From the IMG/VR virus record IMGVR_UViG_3300005861_000247, positions 1 through 6,925 of that record: a DNA stretch of 6,925 nt. One strand, written 5' to 3'. Below the pieces are notes generated by a model. That model had not been told where the DNA came from. It made no database searches and worked only from the letters and a program-made list of their open reading frames with translations. This document shows positions 1 to 5,767 of this stretch, one piece after another. Each line of letters opens with the position of its first letter. Within the stretch, counting starts at the first letter, position 1. Made by a program: the position numbers and the translations under genes.

Positions 1-148
1 TTAATGATCCGTCAAACTTCTTTGACGCTTCTTTGCCAAATGCAAAATCTCTACTAGATGCCAAGAACTTAGAAAAAACCTTGACAAGATATTCATCTAA
101 CGGAATGAGCGGGGGCAAAGCTGAAGCCGAAGCATTGTTAGTACTCAT
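1..148 (-). CDS. Hypothetical protein, N-terminal part (MSTNNASASALPPLIPLDEYLVKVFSKFLASSRDFAFGKEASKKFDGSL...), runs off the left edge
   Basis: Manual translation from the ATG at 148 is open to position 1. It is preceded on the minus strand by GTGA (SD-like) and a BRE/TATA (GAAAAGTTTTTAATAA). Confidence 0.7.
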   Translation of the reverse strand, partial: MSTNNASASALPPLIPLDEYLVKVFSKFLASSRDFAFGKEASKKFDGSL

Positions 149-161
149 TTTTTACATCACT

Positions 162-198
162 CAAACATATGTTTGCTTGTAGTTATTAAAAACTTTTC
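162..198 (-). promoter_or_regulatory. Archaeal BRE/TATA promoter plus palindrome CAAACATATGTTTG (162-175)
   Basis: Minus strand reads AAGAAAAGTTTTTAATAA...CAAACATATGTTTG. The same layout recurs at 1649-1680 and 2114-2146. Confidence 0.65.
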
Positions 199-201
199 TT
201 G

Positions 202-255
202 CTGACCTCCTCCCCGCCCTGGAAGGGCGAGGCTTTACGCCCCCTTAACCCCCTT
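202..255 (-). mobile_element. Solo IS200/IS605-type end hairpin (remnant or mini-element)
   Basis: CTGACCTCCTCCCCGCCCTGGAAGGGCGAGG is close to the reverse complement of the tnpB right end at 4158-4188. Confidence 0.7.
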
Positions 256-309
256 CTTTGTAAAAAAGAAGCTTTGTAAAAAAAGAAGGAAAAAAAAGAA
301 GAATGAAAG
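256..309 (-). terminator. Oligo-T terminator region downstream of the 278-aa ORF, containing a CTTTGTAAAAAA(A)GAAG duplication
   Basis: Several T runs on the minus strand directly after the stop at 310, typical of archaeal terminators. Confidence 0.5.
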
Positions 310-1146
310 TTAAATTATGTGAAGACCGAATAGTACTGCCAGGAGCATCATCACGACTATACCGATCACGAAGTATAGCATTATCTTACTCATTGATTGC
401 ACACGCTTACTCTCATTCTGCAACTTCAATAACTTCACTAAGTTTGCATTCATCTCCTTAACCGTCGTGGGTATTGTACTCAATATCTCCAACTCTTGCG
501 ATAGCCGACGGTTAAGTAATAATTTAGGGTCAACAGCGATAGAAAGTTTTGTGCTAGGAGATAACGTTATAGCACCAGTAATCATCTTTTTGACCTTAGC
601 CAACTGTGCTAATAATTCTGGTTCCGCTGTATCATACTCAGACACAGGTATCGACGTTTCCAGCGTCTCTAACCTTATCGCATACGGCATCGTGTTATTT
701 TTCCTTATTGTAACTAATAACGGTCTATGCACGTTGCCGTATTGTATCATTCCGACCATGGATTCCGAGGTGACTGGGACAATTAGCTCTTCGCCTGTAA
801 CTGGGTCATGGACTGTGTACAACGACGGCGATAATTTTTCACCTACGTATAGTTGAGCAGACCTAGTAGATATATCAACGTTGACAACTACAACGTCACT
901 ATTCTTAGAGCGACGGATTTGCCTTATTAGCCCATTTCTTATGGGGTCTTTCATATACGACCTTCTGAACAGTAAGTATACGGCAATAAATACTACTATC
1001 AGTATACCTAGAGCGATGAAAATGTAAATATACGGCGGAGATGATAGTATGTGAAATAACGAGAAAACCGTAACTTGTTGAGCTTGTTGATGTGGTGTTG
1101 CCGTATTCGTCAAACTTATGTTTGAAGACGGCGTTTTCAGTGCCAT
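310..1146 (-). CDS. Membrane protein (278 aa) with N- and C-terminal transmembrane helices and a coiled-coil-like segment; putative viral structural or assembly protein
   Basis: Hydrophobic segments YIYIFIALGILIVVFIAVYLLF and IMLYFVIGIVVMMLLAVLFGL. TATA (TTTTAAAA, about 1168-1175) lies roughly 25 nt upstream of the ATG. Confidence 0.8.
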   Translation of the reverse strand: MALKTPSSNISLTNTATPHQQAQQVTVFSLFHILSSPPYIYIFIALGILIVVFIAVYLLFRRSYMKDPIRNGLIRQIRRSKNSDVVVVNVDISTRSAQLYVGEKLSPSLYTVHDPVTGEELIVPVTSESMVGMIQYGNVHRPLLVTIRKNNTMPYAIRLETLETSIPVSEYDTAEPELLAQLAKVKKMITGAITLSPSTKLSIAVDPKLLLNRRLSQELEILSTIPTTVKEMNANLVKLLKLQNESKRVQSMSKIMLYFVIGIVVMMLLAVLFGLHII

Positions 1147-1221
1147 GTTAATATCTTGACAGAAGAGTTTTAAAAGAAGAAAGCGAATTCGCGAAAAAAC
1201 ACATGCTTGACTTAGAGAGTT

Positions 1222-1635
1222 TTAAGTCTTGAATTTCTCCATGATTATGGATATTATACCTGCCGCGATGAGTACTATTCCTGTGACACCCAAGAGCACG
1301 TACAGCGTTGGGAAGAAGCTGAAGAACGATACCATACCGTCTACAAGTGGGTGTGTCAAGTTATACGCTAAGGTTCCTGGCGACGGGTTGCTTATTGCTG
1401 AGGCAGTAGCTGTGGCGAAGATAGAGAGAATGAGACCGGATAGTCCTATTATCACACCGACTATCAAGAGAGCTATCGCGATCGTTGGAATGTCAAACTC
1501 GTTGGTTCCAAACACTTTTGCTAACGACCCTGCTACTCCTGGATCATGAATTCTAGTCGCTTTCTTTATCTTATGAACATTATTTTTTGCCTTTGGTGTA
1601 CGAAGGCTTACTGACGGAACTACCGAAACTGACAT
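1222..1635 (-). CDS. Putative major capsid protein precursor (137 aa, MSVSVVPS...) of the hydrophobic helical-hairpin type found in spindle-shaped and ellipsoid archaeal viruses
   Basis: The start is re-placed at ATG 1635 (GGAG SD, BRE/TATA at 1667-1680). The protein has a basic N-terminal region, then two long hydrophobic helices linked by a loop with an N-L-T sequon, and a basic C-terminus. This resembles fusellovirus VP1 and SEV1 VP4 in architecture; I have not checked it by search. Confidence 0.65.
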   Translation of the reverse strand: MSVSVVPSVSLRTPKAKNNVHKIKKATRIHDPGVAGSLAKVFGTNEFDIPTIAIALLIVGVIIGLSGLILSIFATATASAISNPSPGTLAYNLTHPLVDGMVSFFSFFPTLYVLLGVTGIVLIAAGIISIIMEKFKT

Positions 1636-1648
1636 TTTGCTCCGTCTA

Positions 1649-1680
1649 AAACATCTGTTTGAGGAATTAATAAACTTTTC
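1649..1680 (-). promoter_or_regulatory. BRE/TATA promoter (GAAAAGTTTATTAA) plus near-palindrome AAACAGATGTTT upstream of the capsid gene
   Basis: Read directly from the minus strand; matches the Sulfolobus promoter consensus. Confidence 0.7.
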
Positions 1681-1706
1681 GTTTCGCTGTCTCTGATCTG
1701 GGAAAA

Positions 1707-1774
1707 ACAAGAGAGAAGTGAAAGAGACAAGAGAGAAGTGAAAGAGAGAAGTGAATAGGAGCAAAGTGAATAGG
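1707..1774. repeat. Purine-rich tandem repeat: 2 x ACAAGAGAGAAGTGAAAGAG followed by 2 x AAGTGAATAGG
   Basis: The AAGTGAA core occurs four times, at 1716, 1736, 1749 and 1764. Confidence 0.8.
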
Positions 1775-1884
1775 GACAGTTTCAGCCCAACCAGTTAGAT
1801 AGAAAAGGTACCCCACGGGGGTGTGGCGTAGCTTGCCTACCTCGTGCGTTGAAACAAGAATTAACCCCGTCCTGTACCTTCCTG

Positions 1885-2103
1885 TTAGGTATATTTCCTG
1901 TATATTATCATGACCGCAACTAAAGCTATTGCCAAAACTACGAATGCCCACAACATATAGTTTACAGTATTTGCGACTGGTGTAAATGAACTCCCATCTA
2001 TGCTATAAAATATACCAGTAAAGTTGTTTGCCAAAACTACAATAAGCAATAAAAACGGTATTAGGACAAAAACTGCGATAAAGAATACTGCAAACGGGTT
2101 CAA
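1885..2103 (-). CDS. Small two-helix hydrophobic protein (72 aa), putative minor capsid protein (VP3-like)
   Basis: Two hydrophobic helices, an N-F-T sequon in the loop and an IIYRKYT C-terminus. TTG start preceded by GTGA and its own TATA. Confidence 0.6.
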   Translation of the reverse strand: MNPFAVFFIAVFVLIPFLLLIVVLANNFTGIFYSIDGSSFTPVANTVNYMLWAFVVLAIALVAVMIIYRKYT

Positions 2104-2113
2104 CTTTGGGTCA

Positions 2114-2146
2114 CTTAAACATATGTTTAAGCAGTGTTTAAAAAAG
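2114..2146 (-). promoter_or_regulatory. TATA (TTTTTTAAA) plus perfect 18-bp palindrome CTTAAACATATGTTTAAG (2114-2131)
   Basis: Seen directly; same motif as at 162-175 and 1649-1660. Confidence 0.65.
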
Positions 2147-2148
2147 GT

Positions 2149-2487
2149 TTATTGTGGTTTAGCGAAACTAACGGCTCCTTCTTTCAGGAGGAGTTTCCAT
2201 ATTGCGATTCTTACAAGTTCACTTACTTGTATATGGTTCTCTTCCGCAATTAGTTTTAGCCTGTCTAACGTCTCTTCATCGATTTTAACACTTGTTTGCC
2301 TCTTCTCGTCTACCGGAATGGATAGGGCTATTAGTATATCGTCCTTTGTTATACCTTCCTGGATAATGTAGTTTATAGCGTCTCTCATCACTGAAGATCT
2401 ATTCTGATTCTTAGAATCAATCAATTCAAGTGCACTACGTTCTATTCTAAACGAGACGATTCTTTTTTTCCTAACTGGGTTTTCCAT
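2149..2487 (-). CDS. Tandem ribbon-helix-helix (CopG-like) transcriptional regulator, 112 aa
   Basis: Two RHH patterns: IVSFRIERSALELID...RSSVMRDAI and TSVKIDEETLDRLKLIAEE...VSELVRIAI. Confidence 0.85.
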   Translation of the reverse strand: MENPVRKKRIVSFRIERSALELIDSKNQNRSSVMRDAINYIIQEGITKDDILIALSIPVDEKRQTSVKIDEETLDRLKLIAEENHIQVSELVRIAIWKLLLKEGAVSFAKPQ

Positions 2488-2530
2488 GATTATGTTCTTG
2501 CTTGCCAGATTATTTTTAAAATTAGAAGGG

Positions 2531-2559
2531 CTGACTTCCTCCGCATCCTGTGGGGTCAG
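2531..2559 (-). mobile_element. Degenerate IS-end remnant CTGACTTCCTCC...GGGGTCAG
   Basis: The first 12 nt are identical to the IS-end copy at 5263. Bounded by CTGAC and GTCAG like that copy. Confidence 0.45.
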
Positions 2560-2569
2560 AGAAGCAGAA

Positions 2570-2620
2570 AATCCTCACCGCTAGGTCGGGATGCTCCGTC
2601 CGTGAGGCGGGGTAGTTCAC
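2570..2620 (+). mobile_element. Right end / omegaRNA 3' remnant of a different IS200/IS605 subfamily (ends GGCGGGGTAGTTCAC)
   Basis: GC hairpin GCTCCGTCCGTGAGGCGGGGT followed by AGTTCAC, resembling Sulfolobales tnpB right ends. No tnpB gene lies directly upstream. Confidence 0.55.
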
Positions 2621-2730
2621 ACTCTACGGGAGTTAGTCCTAAAATTACCGTGAATTCAAGAGTTCACGGCAAAATAACATATAAGGTTGATCTGACAAAC
2701 GACAAACCTCGCCCCTTCTAGGGGCGGGGT

Positions 2731-2743
2731 GAAAGTTTTAAGA
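2731..2743 (+). promoter_or_regulatory. BRE/TATA promoter of tnpB (GAAAGTTTTAAGA), probably giving a leaderless transcript
   Basis: Located about 23-35 nt upstream of ATG 2766. Confidence 0.6.
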
Positions 2744-2765
2744 CTACGCATCTCTTTTCTTTCAG

Positions 2766-4145
2766 ATGCCTTCCTCTGGTCAACTCTTAGGACATGAGGA
2801 GCGGGAGCTGATTTCTCCCGCAATACCAGAGGAGGGTATCTACGAAGTTAAATATGAAAATAGGAGGGCAAATGTAGTCCGTCTTCTCCCAAACGGTTTT
2901 CAGGAAAGGAAGTTAAGGAAGTTAGCCGATGCCTCTGCCAGACTATTTAACGAAGTTAACTACGAGAGGAGGCAACAGTTCTTCCAACAACATCAAGTGG
3001 ACTTCAAATCAACATGGGACAAATATTACGAGAAGTACAAGGACGTACTGGGTGTCAACACACAAGCAGTGCTTCAGAAGAACAACGAGGCTTGGTCATC
3101 GTTCTTCTCCCTCATCAAGCTGAAGAAACAAGGAAAATTGCCATCTCACATGAACCACGTTTCACCACCACGTTATTGGAAGAAGGAGAAGAAGAGGAAG
3201 TTGATCCTGGTCGTCAGACAAGACAGATATGCTGTGGACGAGAAGAACCACAAGCTCATCCTCAAGGACTTCGATCTGGAAATAGAATTTGCTGGTAGGC
3301 TGAGGTGGTACGGTAAACAAGGTAGGCTGGAGATATACTACGACGACACAGAGAACGCATGGTACGCTTCGATCCCAGTCGAAGTAGGTGTTGAGGAGAC
3401 CAAGACGGGAAAGAAGAGCAGGTACATTGTGAGAGGAGAGAGGAAGACAATACAGATCGGATCCCCAAAGGGAAACAAGGTCGCGTCCATCGACTTAGGT
3501 ATAAACATCCTAGCGAGTGTGATAGTGGACGACGGTACTTGGCTACTCTATAAGGGCGTCAGGATCAAGGAAGACTACTTCTACCTCCAAAGGAAGATAG
3601 CTGAGGTTCAATCTCTCGTAGATACGGCAAGAAAACTAGGTGAGCACGAAGCCCAAGAAGGACTAAACATAAACAGAGAGAAGAGGAGACTCTTTAAGAA
3701 ATTGACTAGGCGTCTCCTTCACCTCTACAGGAACTTAGCTTCCGACTTACTGAAGCAACTTCACGATCAGGGTGTCTCCATCATCTACCTTGGTTATCCG
3801 TACAACATCGCACAGGACAAGGGCAACAAGTTCACCGTCAATATGTGGTCGTACCGTATGCTAATGAACATCATCGAGTTAAAGGCTCAGGAGTACGGTA
3901 TGAAGGTGTACGAAGTCGTTGAGTATAACACATCTAAGTACTGTGCTTACCACGACGTTGAAGTCAGTAGGAATCCGAGAGGAGTAGTCAGTTGTCCTAA
4001 GGGACATAAACTCCATTCAGATCTTAACGGTGCATTGAACATCCTGAAGAAAGCTGTTGGCATCGCAATTTCAACAGTGAAGAAACCGTTATCATTCCTA
4101 GTACTGCATAACGGAGTAGCACCCGTAAAGGGGTGTAACACCTGA
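2766..4145 (+). CDS. tnpB: RNA-guided endonuclease TnpB (IS200/IS605 OrfB), 459 aa
   Basis: N-terminal ARLFN motif, RuvC-I SIDLG, EYNTSKYC, Zn ribbon CAYH...CPKGH and RuvC-III HSDLNGALNI. Confidence 0.95.
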   Translation: MPSSGQLLGHEERELISPAIPEEGIYEVKYENRRANVVRLLPNGFQERKLRKLADASARLFNEVNYERRQQFFQQHQVDFKSTWDKYYEKYKDVLGVNTQAVLQKNNEAWSSFFSLIKLKKQGKLPSHMNHVSPPRYWKKEKKRKLILVVRQDRYAVDEKNHKLILKDFDLEIEFAGRLRWYGKQGRLEIYYDDTENAWYASIPVEVGVEETKTGKKSRYIVRGERKTIQIGSPKGNKVASIDLGINILASVIVDDGTWLLYKGVRIKEDYFYLQRKIAEVQSLVDTARKLGEHEAQEGLNINREKRRLFKKLTRRLLHLYRNLASDLLKQLHDQGVSIIYLGYPYNIAQDKGNKFTVNMWSYRMLMNIIELKAQEYGMKVYEVVEYNTSKYCAYHDVEVSRNPRGVVSCPKGHKLHSDLNGALNILKKAVGIAISTVKKPLSFLVLHNGVAPVKGCNT

Positions 4146-4208
4146 GACCTCGGGGAACCCCCGCCCTTCAGGGCAGGGAGGAGGTCAGTAGTAGATATCA
4201 TACAATTA
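4040..4208 (+). ncRNA. Predicted TnpB omegaRNA (reRNA): scaffold overlapping the tnpB 3' end and right end, guide from the flank after about 4188
   Basis: Inferred from established TnpB biology and the right-end hairpin. The 5' boundary is approximate. Confidence 0.55.
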
Positions 4209-4323
4209 TTATAGAATATCATAACGGCGTTCAACATCTTGCAGATCTACTTAAAGCATCAGGGTTTAACATCACGATTAAAGGAAATAAGAAGATCGGC
4301 TTGGTGTATGCAAGGCGACTAAC

Positions 4324-5283
4324 ATGAAGTATGATCCGCGAATAGCACAACTACGTTTCTTCGCATCTTTTTCAGTTGCTTTATATCATTTATGGACGCT
4401 ACAGCTACAAATACCAATAATTCCCCTCATCTTTTTTAGAGCCGGCTGGCTAGGAGTCCCTTTCTTCTTTGAATTGTCAATCTTTCTCCTTCTAAACAGG
4501 CTTGACTATAATTCATCGTTTCCACGTTATTTGAAAAGAAGGATGAAACGTATTTGGATACTTTATTTCCTCTCCGTCGTCACTGTATTCTTAGCCGACA
4601 AATACGTGTTCCATATGGGAGTAACGTATTACGACTTGACACTCCATTTTGCATTCGTTTCCTCCGTTTTTGCACCGTTTTCCTTTCAATACCTCTTCTG
4701 GTCTCTCCAGCTGGAGGAATGGATGTACTTAGCTATTCCCTTCATTCATGCAATGAACGATAAAGCAAAGTTTCAAACAGCTGTTTTATTGATCTTTATA
4801 TCGTTTTTCTACAGTCTCTTTATCGTCTTCCTCCCCTACAACGAGTTCCACTTACTTTACTTCATGCCACCCTTCTGGTTAGGGGCATACGGGTGGGGAA
4901 TAATTGCTTACCTTTTGAAGAAACAGAAAAAAGATGAACCAGCAAAAAAAGCCAAATATTTCATACTAATACTTTACGCTCAATATGTTTTTACTGCATT
5001 GATATTTTCTAATGAATTTGTATATGAGTTCCTCACAAGGTTCCTTGTGTACAACTTATCATTACCCGCTTTCGCCCTCCTTATTCTGAACCCACCTAAA
5101 GTCCTTAGTCGTGTAACAGTCTTCCTGGGCGAGGTGAGCTACGGGGTTTATTTGTGGACTTTGCTATTCCAGGAACTTTTTGGGGTAACTGGAATAGTTT
5201 ACGGCATCCTAACCGCAATTGCTACAGAGTTCCCATTAAGAAGAAGAGAGATAACAAACAGACTGACTTCCTCCCCGCCCTGA
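4324..5283 (+). CDS. Acyltransferase family 3 (OafA-like) polytopic membrane protein, 319 aa
   Basis: Motifs LRFFA..SVALYH, GWLGVPFFFELS, KRRMKRIW, FWSLQLEEWMY and LGEVSYGVYLW, plus many transmembrane helices. Confidence 0.9.
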   Translation: MKYDPRIAQLRFFASFSVALYHLWTLQLQIPIIPLIFFRAGWLGVPFFFELSIFLLLNRLDYNSSFPRYLKRRMKRIWILYFLSVVTVFLADKYVFHMGVTYYDLTLHFAFVSSVFAPFSFQYLFWSLQLEEWMYLAIPFIHAMNDKAKFQTAVLLIFISFFYSLFIVFLPYNEFHLLYFMPPFWLGAYGWGIIAYLLKKQKKDEPAKKAKYFILILYAQYVFTALIFSNEFVYEFLTRFLVYNLSLPAFALLILNPPKVLSRVTVFLGEVSYGVYLWTLLFQELFGVTGIVYGILTAIATEFPLRRREITNRLTSSPP

Positions 5284-5311
5284 AGGGCGGTGGTTCCCCC
5301 AGGACGGGTCA
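5263..5311 (-). mobile_element. About 49-bp mini IS200/IS605 element (solo right end), inverted relative to the tnpB element
   Basis: Reverse complement GGGGAACCACCGCCCTTCAGGGCGGGGAGGAAGTCAG versus 4152-4188 GGGGAACCCCCGCCCTTCAGGGCAGGGAGGAGGTCAG: 3 mismatches in 37 nt. Confidence 0.85.
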
Positions 5312-5766
5312 GTGTGCAAGGCATCGATTATTGACTTCCCGGTTTGCTTGTGTGCAATTTCACTATTATCGATGGTATCGCTTGCTTACGTGCAGTTAAG
5401 CATTTATTGACACCGTAGCTTGTTGGTGTGCGACTTCACGGTTATTGATTAGATTTGTTGCTGGCGTACATGGAGACATCTGTTGAAGTAACTTCTTGCT
5501 GGTGTGCAACTGCTCATTTATTGACGTGATATCTTGCTCATGTGCAAGTGTGTTTTTAAGCTTGTTTGTGTGCAATTATTTTCTTGTTGAGCAATTCGTT
5601 TGCTTGTGTGCAGACGTATGTTTATTGACCTTTTCCGTTGCTTGTGTGCAGATATAGCCTAATTGAGCGTGTCTCTTGCTTATGTGCAAGCGGTGAATTA
5701 TTGAATTTTTGCTTTGCTTTAGTGCATATACACCTCTTTATTGAACTGTCTTATTGCTTATGTGCG
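5312..5766 (-). ncRNA. TIGR-like dual-repeat, dual-spacer guide RNA array: 12 units with a 38-nt period
   Basis: Plus-strand long repeat TTGCTTGTGTGCA (consensus) at 5344, 5382, 5420, 5458, 5496, 5534, 5562, 5600, 5638, 5676, 5714 and 5754, with a partial copy at 5312. Short repeat TTATTGA (consensus) at 5328, 5366, 5404, 5442, 5480, 5518, 5584, 5622, 5660, 5698 and 5738. Unique 9-nt spacers lie between them. Confidence 0.9.
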
Positions 5767-5767
5767 A

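Larger units (their letters stand above)
2697..4188 (+). mobile_element. IS200/IS605-family element, TnpB-only (IS1341-like)
   Basis: Left hairpin ACCTCGCCCCTTCTAGGGGCGGGGT (2706-2730), tnpB ORF, and right hairpin CCCCGCCCTTCAGGGCAGGG ending GAGGTCAG. No tnpA. Exact boundaries are inferred. Confidence 0.85.

Noticed and set aside
1636-1764. N-terminal 43-aa extension of the 180-aa ORF
   Set aside because: It runs through the promoter and tandem repeats. ATG 1635 has an SD and a TATA at proper spacing.
467-2371. Plus-strand ORFs 467-856, 1229-1549 and 2024-2371, and minus-strand ORF 1667-1951
   Set aside because: Antisense shadows or overlaps of better supported genes, with no recognisable motifs.
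2563-2582. AGCAGAAAATCCTCACCGCT resembles spacer pair AGCAAAAAT/TTCACCGCT
   Set aside because: Needs indels and places both spacers on the same strand, unlike TIGR geometry.
2661-2678. Possible self-target of spacer pair CAAATCTAA/CCGTGAAGT (AGTTCACGGCAAAATAAC)
   Set aside because: Only 13 of 18 positions match (11 contiguous), which is plausible by chance given the number of spacers and geometries tried by eye.
2929-5399. Small ORFs 2929-3123, 3014-3298, 3262-3468, 3947-4237, 4554-4763 and 5154-5399
   Set aside because: Alternative frames inside tnpB or the acyltransferase. The shared LPALKGGGSPR peptide is simply the translated IS-end hairpin.
5312-5766. CRISPR array or simple minisatellite
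   Set aside because: Two alternating short repeats (13 and 7 nt) with 9-nt unique spacers do not fit CRISPR dimensions, and there are no cas genes. The unique spacers exclude a VNTR.
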